This document shows positions 39,354 to 50,306 of a DNA stretch of 64,000 nucleotides, one piece after another. The notes beneath the pieces are model-generated. The model made no database searches and was not told the DNA's origin. It saw only the letters and a program-made list of their open reading frames with translations. The translations under genes were made by a program, and so were the position numbers. The stretch comes from an uncultured Planctomycetaceae bacterium. GTDB lineage: Bacteria; Planctomycetota; Planctomycetia; Planctomycetales; Planctomycetaceae. The number at the start of each line of letters is the position of its first letter. Positions within the stretch are counted from its first letter, which is position 1. The stretch spans positions 107,690 to 171,689 of the forward strand of contig CAWFAK010000002.1 in the NCBI GenBank assembly GCA_963813715.1, read 5' to 3'.

Positions 39354-41378
39354 ATGATTGTCAGTTGGGAATGGCTTCGCGAATACGTGCCGCTCCAGGT
39401 GTCGCTCGAAGACGCAGTGCGCCGGCTGACGATGGCGGGACTGAAGGTTGAATCGCAGACCGCCGCCGGCAGCGACTGGGCGATCGACGTCGAAGTGACC
39501 AGCAACCGGCCCGACTGTCTCGGGCACTTGGGCATCGCCCGCGAATTGAGCGTGCTCTTCGGCCAGCCGCTCCAAATCCCCGACGCCAACCCGGCCGCTT
39601 CCTCGGCCAAGACTTCCGAGGCGACCTCCGTCACGGTCGAGTGCCCGGAACTCTGTCCTCAGTATTCTGCGCGGCTGATTCGCGGCGTGAAGGTCGGTCC
39701 GAGCCCGGCCTGGCTGTCACGGCGACTGCAGGCGATCGGTCAGCCCTCGATCAACAATGTGGTCGACGTCTCGAATTATGTGTTGATGGAATGCGGCCAG
39801 CCGCTGCACGCGTTCGACTTCGACCGGCTCCGCGGGCGGAAGATTGTCGTGCGACGGGGACGGCCGGGCGAAAAGCTGATCGCCATCAACCAAAAGACCT
39901 ACGACCTCACCGCCGACATGTGCGTGATTGCTGACGCGGAACGGCCGGTGGGAATCGGCGGCGTGATGGGGGGGCTCGAAACGGAAATTGGCCCGACCGC
40001 CCGCAACGTGCTGATCGAGGCCGCCAACTTCACCGCCCTGCCCCTGCGAAACACGGCCCGCAAATTGTCGCTCTTTAGCGATGCGTCGTATCGCTTCGAG
40101 CGGGGCGTCGATCCGCTGCAGCTCGATTGGGCGAGCCGCCGCGCGTGTCAGTTGATCCTCGAACTGTGCGGCGGCGAGTTGCTGGCCGACACCGTCTTTG
40201 CGGGTACGCCGCTGCCCGGCAAGCGCTTGCCGATCACGCTCCGCTTCGCCCAGGTGCCCCGGGTGTTGGGAATCGAGGTGCCGCGCACTGAGAGCCTCCG
40301 CATCCTGTCGGCTTTGGGCAACGTCCCCGATGGTCCGGCGACCGACGAATTGGCCCGGTTCGTGCCCCCCTCCTGGCGTCGCGACCTCAGCCGCGAGATC
40401 GACCTGATCGAAGAGGTCGCCCGCATCCACGGCTACGACGCCATCCCGCAGAACGTCGACGTGCCTCTGCAGCCGAGCCATCGCAACCGTCGCGACCGCG
40501 TGACGGACGCCGCGCGGTTTGTCTTCACCGCCGCCGGTTTCTATGAAGCCGTGACGATGGCCTTCTGCAGCGACGCGGAGTGCGACCTGTTCACGCCGCG
40601 TGGCGAGTTGCCTCGGCTGCGCGTGGAGCACTCGTCGCGGAAGCACGAGAACATCCTGCGTCAAAGCTTGGTCCCGGGCCTTCTGACTTCGCGTCAGCTC
40701 AACGAGCGGCACGGGACTTTCGACGCCAACCTGTTCGAGATCGCCAAGGTCTATCTCAAGTCGTCATTCGAGGAGCCCGAGGCGCGGCGCGAGCCGCCCA
40801 TGATCGGCTTGGTCACGAGCCGCCCTTTCGCAGATGCCAAGGGGATCGTTGAATCGCTGGCTCGTCGCATCGCGCCGCACATGTCGGTCATCGCCAAGCC
40901 GTCGGAAGTGAAGCAGTTCGCGCCCGGACGCGGGGCGGACATTTATTTGAACGGCACTCTGTGGGGCTGGCTGGGCGAACTCGACCGCTCCGTGACCGAC
41001 GGCATCGACCTGAAAGAGGCGATCACCGTCGCGGAGCTCGACCTGACCTTGCTCGAGACGAACGCCCAACTCGTCCCCAAGAGCGTCCCTTTGGCTCAGT
41101 TCCCGGCAATCGACCGCGACCTGAATTTCGTGGTCGACGAAGCGGTCACCTGGGAGGCGCTGGAATCGGTGGTGAGTGTGGCGGCCGGCTCCCTGCTCGA
41201 GCGGGTCGGCTTCGGCGGCCAATATCGGGGTAAACAAATCGAGGCGGATAAGAAGTCTTACCTGGTGACGCTCAGCTACCGCGCGCCCGATCGGACCCTG
41301 ACCGCGGAAGAGGTCGACGGCTGGCAGAAAAAGGTGATCGATGCCTGTTCGGCCCGCCTCGGCGCCCGGCTGCGCTAG
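39354..41378 (+). CDS. pheT: Phenylalanine--tRNA ligase beta subunit (short form lacking the B2 OB domain)
   Basis: M.VS..WL.EY, T.NRPDC..H.GIARE, GQPLHAFD, DASYRFERG, PSWR.D..RE.DL.EEVARI.GY, FP...RD, DRTLT.EEV. Confidence 0.95.
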   Translation: MIVSWEWLREYVPLQVSLEDAVRRLTMAGLKVESQTAAGSDWAIDVEVTSNRPDCLGHLGIARELSVLFGQPLQIPDANPAASSAKTSEATSVTVECPELCPQYSARLIRGVKVGPSPAWLSRRLQAIGQPSINNVVDVSNYVLMECGQPLHAFDFDRLRGRKIVVRRGRPGEKLIAINQKTYDLTADMCVIADAERPVGIGGVMGGLETEIGPTARNVLIEAANFTALPLRNTARKLSLFSDASYRFERGVDPLQLDWASRRACQLILELCGGELLADTVFAGTPLPGKRLPITLRFAQVPRVLGIEVPRTESLRILSALGNVPDGPATDELARFVPPSWRRDLSREIDLIEEVARIHGYDAIPQNVDVPLQPSHRNRRDRVTDAARFVFTAAGFYEAVTMAFCSDAECDLFTPRGELPRLRVEHSSRKHENILRQSLVPGLLTSRQLNERHGTFDANLFEIAKVYLKSSFEEPEARREPPMIGLVTSRPFADAKGIVESLARRIAPHMSVIAKPSEVKQFAPGRGADIYLNGTLWGWLGELDRSVTDGIDLKEAITVAELDLTLLETNAQLVPKSVPLAQFPAIDRDLNFVVDEAVTWEALESVVSVAAGSLLERVGFGGQYRGKQIEADKKSYLVTLSYRAPDRTLTAEEVDGWQKKVIDACSARLGARLR

Positions 41379-41518
41379 CCCCTTGACCCGGCGACCAGCG
41401 TCGCAAGCATGGAAACAGGCTCGTGCAGTCGCGAACGTTCTGGTGCGCGTGCGCAGGGCGCGTTAAAGCAGCGCAAGCGGAGAAATCTGCGTGATTTCAT
41501 GGGCTTTGGGAGGCTTTC

Positions 41519-42931
41519 GTGTCGAGTGACCTGCCCTCCGATCAGAAGCGCAAGATCGCCGCCGATTGCTGGATGAAAGGCAATCAGGCGTTGGCCAAAT
41601 CCAATTTCGACTATGCCATCGAAATGTATGGCAAATCCGTCTCGCTCGCGCCGGACAATCTCAGCTTCCGCCAATCGTTGCGCGGCTCCGAATACAAGAA
41701 GTACCAGGACAACAAAACGGGGGCGAAGCTGGCCTCCATGCGCCTGGCCGGCACCCGCAATAACCTCCGCAAGCTCCGAGGCAAGAAGGAGTGGGCGGCC
41801 ATGGATACGGTTGCCGAAGAAGGGCTCATCATCAACCCGTGGGATGCCGGGCTGAATGCCGCCGTGGGGGAAGCGTGCCGCAACCGCGGTTTCCTCGAAG
41901 TCGCCGATTTCTCTTATCAGCGTGCGGTCGAGAGTGATCCCGATACCAAGGACTATCTGCAGAACTTGATGGAGATCAACGAGGAGCGGGGCAACTACAA
42001 GCGGGCCATCGAGTGCGCGAAACGCCTGACCACGCTTGACCCCAACAACGGCAAGCTCCGCGCCCAACTGATGGGCATGGAAGCCAAGCAAGTGATGGAT
42101 CGCGGCGGCTACGACGACGCCAAGTCGACGCAGCACGTCCGCCGCAACGCGTACGACGACTACCGCCCCGCCACCGAGAAATACGTCCCCGACACGGTTG
42201 CCGGACCCGGCGTCTCGCTCGAGCAGGATCTCCGCCGGGCCATCCGCAAAGCCCCCACCGAAAAGGGAAACTACATCAAGCTGGGCGAGCATTTTCAGAA
42301 ACAAAAGGACTTCGACAAAGCCAGCGAAGTCCTCAAGGAAGCGCTCGACGCGACAGGCGGCGACGTCAATATTCGCGAGTTTTATGAGGACAATGACCTC
42401 ATGAACCTCCGGCAGCAGATCGAGAAGGCCAAGTCGATCGCGGCCGACGATGAAGCTGGACAAAAGCGAATCGCGTCACTCAAGCGCGAGCTCTTGCTCC
42501 GCGAGATCGAGGTCTACAGCTCCCGCACCGAGCGCTATCCTAACGACGCGCGCTTCAAGCACGAGCTCGGCAAGCGGCACATGATGATGAAGGACTACCG
42601 CAAGGCGATCCCCCTCCTCCAGCAGGCGACCGTCGACCAGCGGCGGGCCCCGGCCGTGCAGGTGCTCCTGGCGAAATGTTTTCTCGCCGAGAAGCAGCCG
42701 AGGCTGGCGCGGTCGAACCTGGAGCGGGCTTGCGAAAAGCTGAATCCGCACGACGAGCCGGAAACGTACTGCGAGGCGCACTACATTCTGGCGCGCCTTT
42801 GCGAGGAGAGCGGCGACCGCGACGACGCCGAGCACCACTATAGCGTGCTCTTGAGCGTCGACTACGCGTACAAAGACGCCCGTGAGCGATACGAGAAGTT
42901 GCAGGGCGGCGACGGCAAGGCCCGTGGTTGA
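41519..42931 (+). CDS. Tetratricopeptide-repeat protein
   Basis: Helical TPR-like repeats (NFDYAIEMY, DYRKAIPLLQ, HYILARL); C-terminal DY.YKD..ER. Confidence 0.75.
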   Translation: MSSDLPSDQKRKIAADCWMKGNQALAKSNFDYAIEMYGKSVSLAPDNLSFRQSLRGSEYKKYQDNKTGAKLASMRLAGTRNNLRKLRGKKEWAAMDTVAEEGLIINPWDAGLNAAVGEACRNRGFLEVADFSYQRAVESDPDTKDYLQNLMEINEERGNYKRAIECAKRLTTLDPNNGKLRAQLMGMEAKQVMDRGGYDDAKSTQHVRRNAYDDYRPATEKYVPDTVAGPGVSLEQDLRRAIRKAPTEKGNYIKLGEHFQKQKDFDKASEVLKEALDATGGDVNIREFYEDNDLMNLRQQIEKAKSIAADDEAGQKRIASLKRELLLREIEVYSSRTERYPNDARFKHELGKRHMMMKDYRKAIPLLQQATVDQRRAPAVQVLLAKCFLAEKQPRLARSNLERACEKLNPHDEPETYCEAHYILARLCEESGDRDDAEHHYSVLLSVDYAYKDARERYEKLQGGDGKARG

Positions 42932-43021
42932 GACGGCAGATCGATTAGAGATCGGCGCCGCGGCTGTCAATCACGCCAAATTGCGCCCGGTTGCGCGAAT
43001 CGCAGTCGGCGCGGGCAGCGG

Positions 43022-43303
43022 CTACGAGCGGCCTTCGTCCGTGTGTTTGGCGGCCTTGGCGGCCTCGATCTTCTTTTTGAGGTCGACGTACGTCATGCGA
43101 TCGTCGCACTCGATGCCCAGTCGCTGCGCCTCTTCCTTTTGAGCCTTGGTCGCCGGCCGCGGCACGCCGCGTTGCGTCTCGGAAGTCGCGCTGGCAATGC
43201 GAATCACGTGGCCGCATTTTGGACAAACCCCCTGCTTGCCCGCGTATTCGTCGCGGACTTTGAAGGACCCTTTGCAGGATGGGCAGAAGATGTAAATCGC
43301 CAC
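43022..43303 (-). CDS. Small zinc-ribbon protein
   Basis: GTG start; CPSC...V.DE.AGK...CPKC; short helical C-terminal module. Confidence 0.7.
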   Translation of the reverse strand: MAIYIFCPSCKGSFKVRDEYAGKQGVCPKCGHVIRIASATSETQRGVPRPATKAQKEEAQRLGIECDDRMTYVDLKKKIEAAKAAKHTDEGRS

Positions 43304-43437
43304 GCGAGAGGCACCCCGATCATCGTCGAGCACAAGCAAATCGGCGGTTAATTTCGAGCCTTCATCGTAAAGGATGCGTGCAGCAATCGGAAGGGGGCTC
43401 TGTCCAGGGCGCAAAGTGAGCGTTGAACTCGCCTGTC

Positions 43438-43483
43438 CCAGTCACCAGAATTGATTGACCAGTCACCAGAATTGATAGACTGG
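43438..43483. repeat. 21-bp tandem duplication in a divergent intergenic region
   Basis: CCAGTCACCAGAATTGAT(T/A)GA x2 (43438, 43459), ending in GACTGG, which is complementary to CCAGTC. Confidence 0.85.
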
Positions 43484-43540
43484 AGAGATCGTGTGTTGCG
43501 AATTTGACGCCGGCAGTGCCGGATCGCGGAGGGGGGCCGC

Positions 43541-45278
43541 TTGGACGAAAAGCGGAACGAGAAGACCGAGCCCAAGGCCGAGCCGAAACGCCGCGTTGGA
43601 CCGTTCGAACTCGAGCGGAAGCTGGGCGTTGGCGGAATGGGGGTCGTCTATCTCGGCACCTACCTCAAGAACGGCCGCAAGATGGCCGTCAAAGTGCTCG
43701 CTCCTGAAATGTCGGCGGACGGGAGGCTGCTGCGCCGCTTCCTCCGCGAGATGGCCATTCTGAGCCGGCTGCGGCATCCGCACATCGTCCGCTATTACGG
43801 CGGCGGAAAGGATAAAACGCAGCACTTCTACGCGATGGAATACATGGACGGCGGCAGTGTCGAGCAGATGCTCAAGAAGAAGGGCCGCTTCAGCTGGGAA
43901 GAGACGATCGGCTACTCCCGGCAGGTCGCGCTGCGCTCGAGTACGCGCACAATCACGGGATCATTCACCGCGACCTTAAGCCCGCGAACCTGTTCATGGG
44001 CAAGGACGGATTGGTCAAGCTGGGTGACTTCGGCATCGCTCGCGACACTCAGGCGACGGCCCTCACCGCGGCCGGGCGCACCGTCGGCACGTACGCGTAC
44101 ATGGCCCCCGAGCAGATCTCGGGAAAGCCGCCCGTGTCGCGCAAGACCGATCTGTATGCCCTGGGCTGCGTGATGTTCGAGATGCTCACGGGCAAGCCCC
44201 CCTTCACCGCGCCGACAGCAGCCGAAATGCTCTTCGCCCACCTCGAAGAAGAACCGCCCGACGTCGCCTCGACCGCGCCCGATTGTCCGGAGCGGGTCGG
44301 CAGATTGGTCAGCAAGTTGCTCGAAAAGGATCCCGAAGAGCGGTACTACGATGCCCTGGCGCTGCAAGTGGCCCTCGACGAGGTCACCCAGAAGGTGACC
44401 GAGGAGCGGACGGCCGCCCAGCAAACGATTGCCGGCGCAGCGCCGGAGTCACTGTCCCCGGAGCCGAGGGCCAGAGCACGCTCACCAAGAAGAAAAAAAA
44501 GAAGAAGAAACAAAAGTTCATTCCCGTCTACGAGCGGACCTGGTTTCTGAACTGCTGCCTGGCCCTGTTGCTGATCGGCGTGACCTGGGGGCTTTGGCCC
44601 CGCAGCGAAAAGCAGGTCTTGGCCCAGGCTCAAAAATTGCAGGCGAATGAGGATCTGCTGGGAGCCAAGGACCAGTACAGCCGGCTGTTCAAAAGCTCGG
44701 AATTCGGCGACCAGGCGCGGGAAGAGGTCGACAAAATCGACATGGAGCTGACGGAGACGCAGGCCCAGAAGGCCATGCGGCTCAATCGCGAACCAAGCTC
44801 CGAGGCCGAGCGCCTGTACATCGACGGGCTCAGGTTCGAGCAGTTCAAGGACCGGATCACTGCCCTGGCCAAATATCGCAGCCTGGTCGAATTGCTGAAG
44901 GATCGCGAAGCCGACCGCAAGTACGTCAACCTGGCCCAAAAAAAAATCAAAGAGATCCAAGAATCGGGCGGCACCAAGCAGGACGTGATCTCCCTGGTCA
45001 ACGATAATCTGAAGCGGGCGGACGAACTGGCGACGAAGGGAGAACTGCTGGAAGCCCAGAACATCTGGAATTCGGTCGTTACGCTGTACGGCGCCAATCG
45101 CGAATTGGACCAGCAAGTGACCTACGCGCGGGCCCGGCTGCGAGGCGACAAAGTCGAGAAGACCGTTTTCGGACTCCCCAAAGCTCCGGCCAAAGAAGGA
45201 CCGGAGAGAAAAGAGGGGGCGGAAAAAGACGGGCCGGACCATCCGGTGAAAGACGGGCCAGCGAAGGAGAAACCATGA
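43541..45278 (+). CDS. Membrane-anchored Hanks-type Ser/Thr kinase (two frameshifts)
   Basis: GVGGMGVVY, AVK, HRDLKPAN (shifted frame), DFG, GTYAYMAPEQ, DLYALG; poly-Lys, TM and helical extracytoplasmic domain in ORF 44283. Confidence 0.9.
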
Positions 45279-45718
45279 GCGGAGAAGCCGTCGGGCGGCC
45301 GATGGACATTCTGCTGGTGGAGGACAGCCTGACGGCTGCCCGCATGGCGATCGGCGCCCTGAAGAAAGGTCCCGTCCCGCATCGGCTCACCTGGCTGACC
45401 GACGGCCAGGATGCAACCGAGTTCGTGTATCGGCGCGGCCGGTTTGCCCGCGCCCCGCGTCCCGATTTGATCTTGCTGGACCTGACCCTGCCCAAGAAGG
45501 ACGGCCGCGACTTCTTGGCCGAGATCAAGTCCGACGAGGATCTCCGCACGATCCCGGTGGTCGTGTTAACCAGCTCCACCGACGAAGAGGATGTCGCACA
45601 GACGCAAGTCCTGGAGGTGGAGAGCTACATGACCAAGCCGGTCGATATCGAAAAGTTTCTTAAGCTGATCCGGGACCTTGCCCGGTATTGGCGTGCGGAC
45701 ATGATCCTCCCGACCTGA
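45275..45718 (+). CDS. Single-domain response regulator (Rcp1-like)
   Basis: ILLVED, RPDLILLDL..PK.DG, IPVVVLTSS, Y.TKP; ATGA overlap with the kinase stop. Confidence 0.92.
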   Translation: MSGEAVGRPMDILLVEDSLTAARMAIGALKKGPVPHRLTWLTDGQDATEFVYRRGRFARAPRPDLILLDLTLPKKDGRDFLAEIKSDEDLRTIPVVVLTSSTDEEDVAQTQVLEVESYMTKPVDIEKFLKLIRDLARYWRADMILPT

Positions 45719-45725
45719 TCCCGAC

Positions 45726-47402
45726 ATGAGTCAATCCGAACTCGACTCGGTCCCGGACGAACCGGTCCGCGATCTCAGCCGCACCGTGCTCCCCAACCGC
45801 CTGGTGGCGGTGGTGATCGCGCTGGCGTTTCTGCCGGCCGCGCTCAATGCACTGGGGTTCAGCTTTTCGGCCGTGTCGCCCCCCCTGACCGCCAGCGACG
45901 ACGCGAATCCGCCGCTCGCCGACCAGGTGCTGATCGCCCAGCAGCTCAGCACGGGCGAGATCATTCACGTTTTGATGGAGTGGACGGCCTTCATGATCGC
46001 CGTTGCCACGGCCGTGTTCGCGCTCAACCACTATTTCGTGGCTCACGACGTGACGACGCCGACTTTGAGCACGGCCCTGTTCTTCTCCGGCATGATCGAC
46101 GGATTTCAATCGCTGGCCGCCGTGCACTTGTTGCCGTTCGTCGTGGATGTCGAGAATTTTCTGCCGTTCACATGGTTCGCTTCGCGAATGGTCAACGTCT
46201 GCTTCCTGATCGCGGGGACGATCCCATTTGTGTGGTACCACCACCGCTGGAACGCGCCCCCCCGCAACCGCGACCCGCGGTTTTTCTTGTTGGCCGCCGT
46301 GCTGTTTATGTTGATGGCGTACGTGATCGTGTTTCTGTGCGCCTGGTCGCCGCACCTGCCGACGGCCGTTTATCCCGGCGCCCGCATCGTCCACCGACCC
46401 TGGGACCTGATTCCGCTCTTCTTGTATCTGTTCGCGGGGGCGGTGATTTTCCCGCGGTTTTATCGGGCCCAGCCGAGCATTTTCTCGCATTCGCTTTTCG
46501 TAAGCGTGATCCCCAACGTGGCCGCCCAGATCTACGCGGCCTTCGGCGCGGTCCAGCTCTTCGACAACGCGTTCAACATCGCCAGCTTCGAGAAGATCGT
46601 GGCCTATGCCGTTCCGCTGATGGGTCTGCTGCTCGACTATCGGCGGACTTACTACGCCGAAGTGGCACTCCAGGTCACGCAGGAGAAGCTGCGCGTCGCC
46701 CGAAACGTTCAGCAGGGCCTGTTGCCTCAGGCGCCGCCGCAATTGCCTGGGTACGACATTGCCGGCTTCTACGAGTCGGCCGACGTCGTGGGGGGCGACT
46801 ATTACGACTACATCCCCATGGCGGACGGGCGTATGGGCATCGTGGTGGCGGACGTCAGCGGCCACGAGATTGGGGCCTCGCTGTTAATGGCCAAGACGCG
46901 GGCCTATCTCCGGGCTCTCGCCAAGAGCGACGACGACCTGCAGACTCTGCTGGGCCGGCTGCATGAATTCCTCGTCGTCGACACGCACGACAAGTGGTTT
47001 GTCACGATGTTTTTTGCCGCCCTCAATCCGCAAACGGGGGCCATCGAGTATGCCGGCGCCGCCCAACAGGCCCACCTCGTTCATCAAGACGGGTCGGTCA
47101 CCGTCCTCCGCAGCACGTCCACGCCGCTCGGCGTCTTCGCCGACCATCCGCCCCTCTGTTCGAGCCCGATCACGCTGGCCGCCGGCGAGCTCCTCGTGGT
47201 CCTAACCGACGGATACGTCGAGGCCAAGTCGCCTGCCGGCGAGCAATTTGGCAACGAGCGGATGCTTGCGATCATTCGTGAGCATCGGACGAGTCCGGCC
47301 AGCGAGATCATTCAGGCCCTCGACGGGGCGGTCGCCCGCTTCTGCGGTTCCTCCCCTCCAACCGACGATTTGACGGCCGTCGTCGTGCGCCGCACAGTCT
47401 GA
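45726..47402 (+). CDS. SpoIIE/PP2C phosphatase with an N-terminal multi-TM sensor domain
   Basis: About 8 TMs; VQ..LLP, VGGDYYD, ADVSGH, LTDG..E, DDLT. Confidence 0.92.
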   Translation: MSQSELDSVPDEPVRDLSRTVLPNRLVAVVIALAFLPAALNALGFSFSAVSPPLTASDDANPPLADQVLIAQQLSTGEIIHVLMEWTAFMIAVATAVFALNHYFVAHDVTTPTLSTALFFSGMIDGFQSLAAVHLLPFVVDVENFLPFTWFASRMVNVCFLIAGTIPFVWYHHRWNAPPRNRDPRFFLLAAVLFMLMAYVIVFLCAWSPHLPTAVYPGARIVHRPWDLIPLFLYLFAGAVIFPRFYRAQPSIFSHSLFVSVIPNVAAQIYAAFGAVQLFDNAFNIASFEKIVAYAVPLMGLLLDYRRTYYAEVALQVTQEKLRVARNVQQGLLPQAPPQLPGYDIAGFYESADVVGGDYYDYIPMADGRMGIVVADVSGHEIGASLLMAKTRAYLRALAKSDDDLQTLLGRLHEFLVVDTHDKWFVTMFFAALNPQTGAIEYAGAAQQAHLVHQDGSVTVLRSTSTPLGVFADHPPLCSSPITLAAGELLVVLTDGYVEAKSPAGEQFGNERMLAIIREHRTSPASEIIQALDGAVARFCGSSPPTDDLTAVVVRRTV

Positions 47403-47501
47403 GTCGCCCCAGAGACGGGATTGACCACGCCCGGCGGTTGGGCCACGATTGGGTGAGAGCCCGCGCCGGCGACAACCACGACCTCAACACGATCGCTCCC
47501 G

Positions 47502-48156
47502 ATGAAACCGCTGCGTCATCCCATCCAGGACCTGTCCCGTGCCAAACGGTCCGTGCTGTTTGGCGTGACGTTCCTGGTGGGGTTCGTCCTCTGGTACGCG
47601 TTGCAGCAGCTCGACGTGCCGCTCGAAACGCACGAGGCGCGATGGGGCATCGTTTCGCTCGAACTGTCGGGCACCGTCGAAGGGAGTCAGGAAATCATCG
47701 ACTCCTGGAAGGGGACGGCCCTCGACAACTGCGCGGAGCGGACTGCTGCTCGATTTCATCTTCCCACTCTGCTACTCGACCGTCTTGACCATCGCCTGCT
47801 TTTGGGCCGCGTCGCTCTTTCGCGAGCGAGGGTTTCGCAAAACGGCTTGGCTTGCCACGGGCATCGCCTGGCTGCAATGGCCCGCCGCGCTGTGCGACTA
47901 CGTCGAAAACATCGCGCTGTGGGTGCAAATTCGCGGGCCCGTCCAGGATCCGTGGCCGGGGATCGGCCGCGATTCGGCACTGATCAAATTCACGCTGATT
48001 GCGTTGGGACTGTGCTCGATCGTCGGCGCCGCGGTGATTTTGGTGCTTCGTCGTCGCGCACGGCCGACGTTGCCGTCTCCTACGGGTCCGGCCGCCGCAG
48101 AGCCGGCCGTTCTGTCGAAGCCGAGCGTTGACGCGGGCATTCGCCCCGTGCCGTGA
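47502..48156 (+). CDS. Hypothetical membrane protein (frameshift near 47740)
   Basis: GIVSLEL, then D..F...Y, CDYVEN..L and K..L in ORF 47785; four hydrophobic segments. Confidence 0.65.
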
Positions 48157-48184
48157 CCGCGTCGCGAAGCGTCGTCGCTACGCC

Positions 48185-49235
48185 TCAGACCAGCGGCATC
48201 TTGTGCTGTTCGCCGGGGACTTCGCGGACGTATTGCGGGACTGCGTAACCCGGAAGGCGGTCGCGCAGCTCCTCGATCAATTCGAGCCCCCGCGACACAG
48301 GCACCTCGAAAGTGGGCCGTCCCCGTCACCCGGTCGAGCTGATGCAAGTAGTACGGCATCACGCCCAGGTTGACCAGCCGCAGGCTGAGCTCGGCCAGCG
48401 GTTCGGCCGCGTCGTTGATGCCCGCCAGAAGCACGGTCTGATTGAGCACGGTCAGGCCGCTGGTTACCAACAGCCGCAGCGAGTCGCGGCAGTCGCCCAC
48501 GATTTCGGCCGGATGATTCGCGTGAACGACGACGATGGACGTCATGTGGAGGCCGCGCAACAGTTCGATCAACCGCTCCGTCACTCGCGACGGCAGAACG
48601 ATCGGCAGCCTGGTGTGAACCCGCAGCCGATCCAGGTGCGGAATCTCGTCAAGTCGGCCGACGATTTCCGCGAGGCGTGCGTCGCTGAGCATCAGCGGAT
48701 CGCCTCCACTCAGGATGATTTCCCGAATCGACGGATCGGCCCGCAGTTGGCTGAAGGCCGGTTCCCAATCTGCTAACCGCCTCGGCTCGTCACCGTATGG
48801 GAACGACCGGCGGAAGCAATAGCGACAGTGAATCGCGCAGGCCCCCGTCGAGATCATCAGGGCCCGCCCGACATATTTTTGCAACAGCCCCGGCGCCCGA
48901 TGAGCCGACGCTTCCTCGAGCGGGTCGGTTGTGAACTCGGCCGGCGAGTTCGTCTCGGCCGCCAGCGGCAACACCTGGAGCAACAGCGGGTCGTGCGGAT
49001 TGCCGGGCTGCATCCGCCGCAAGAAACTGTCGGTCACGAACAGCGGGAACAACTCGGCCGCCCGCCGCGCGGCCACGCGCAGCGTCGTCGCGGCAGACCG
49101 AGGCGATCGATCAACGCGTCGGGATCGCGGATCGCTTGGGCCAGTTCCTGCTGCCACGTCGCCGGGCGCGGAAGGGCTTCGGTTGGGAATTCGATGACGG
49201 GCTCCAGACGTCGGGGCGCGAGGCGGGGTCGGCAT
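48185..49235 (-). CDS. epmB: EF-P beta-lysylation protein EpmB, KamA-family radical SAM (frameshifts)
   Basis: WQQELAQAIRD (shifted frame), DPLLLQVLP, GACAIHCRYCFRR, LSGGDPL, HTRLP, HANHP, PYYLHQLD; shifted C-terminus ends 48185; divergent from efp. Start uncertain. Confidence 0.9.
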
Positions 49236-49355
49236 TTCCCGCCCGGAATCGTTATGTTATCCTCGCGGTTTCACCCTGACATTACCGACGAGCGGGCGGC
49301 CGCTTGGTCACGACCTTATAGTCTTCCAGCGATCAGAGTTGAAGAGAACGGAGCG

Positions 49356-49926
49356 ATGCCTCAAATCAACGCGGGCGACTTCCGCAAAGGAATCAAAGTA
49401 GTCGTCGAGGGTGAGCCCTACGAGATGACGGAGTGCAACTTCGTCAAGCCGGGTAAGGGGCAGGCTCTTTACAAAACGCGGCTGCGAAACCTCCTCAAGG
49501 GGACCCTGCTCGACCGCACTTACAAGAGCGGCGACGGTCTCGAAGAGGCCGACATTCACAAGAGCGATGGCCAGTTCCTCTACCGGGCCGGCGACGAACT
49601 CCATCTTCATGGACAACGAGTCGTTCGAGCAATACACGCTTTCCGCGGACCAATGCGGGGATGGTGCCAAGTTTCTGCTCGAAAACGCCACCGTCGGCCT
49701 GATGTATTGGAATGGCCGGCTGATCGAAATGACGCCTCCGGCTCAGGTCATCCTCGAAATCACCTATACCGAGCCGGCGGCCCGCGGCAATACGGCCACG
49801 AACGTGAACAAGCCGGCGACCGTGGAAACGGGCGCGACGGTTCACGTGCCCGCCTTCATCAATCAAGGGGATAAAATCAAAGTCGATGCCCGCACCGGGG
49901 CGTACATTGAACGCTTTCGCGAGTAG
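49356..49926 (+). CDS. efp: Elongation factor P (frameshift near 49600)
   Basis: DFRKG, FVKPGKGQA, FMDNESFEQ, TEP..RGNT....KPA..ETG, VP.FI..G..I.VD.R.G.Y..R. Confidence 0.95.
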
Positions 49927-49999
49927 CGGCCGCTCGATCCTCGCCGCGGAGGAATGCCGAGCCGGTTGCGGGACGAGAACTCCAGGGAAGGAGTCGGTC

Positions 50000-50218
50000 A
50001 TGGAAAAGCTGGAGATTGCCCTCTACGGCGCGGCCATTTACCTGGCGATCAAGTCGCTCGTCTCGCTGATGTCCGATCACAGTCGTGCCACCAAGCAACG
50101 CTTCGCTGTCGAGTTGGCCGCCGCCCAACAAGCCGCCGCGGCGAAGGCGGCCGAACAGGCAGTTGCCGCGGCCGCCGCTGAAAAACCCGAACAACGCCCG
50201 CTGAAAAAAGCCGGTTAG
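50000..50218 (+). CDS. Small membrane-anchored hypothetical protein
   Basis: AAGGAG SD; single TM (IALYGAAIYLAIKSLVSLM); Ala-rich helix. Confidence 0.6.
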   Translation: MEKLEIALYGAAIYLAIKSLVSLMSDHSRATKQRFAVELAAAQQAAAAKAAEQAVAAAAAEKPEQRPLKKAG

Positions 50219-50306
50219 CCGTTCTTAGTCGCTTTCCTGTCGGCGGCATCGTCCTTGCAATGGACGCCGGTGCTCACTCGCAATCCCGCGGCTAGCCCGC
50301 ACGAAA

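Noticed and set aside
44440..44520. Programmed frameshift or phase variation at the A-rich tract of the kinase
   Set aside because: The frame switch appears to lie upstream of the tract, which simply encodes poly-Lys; consistent with the general indel noise.
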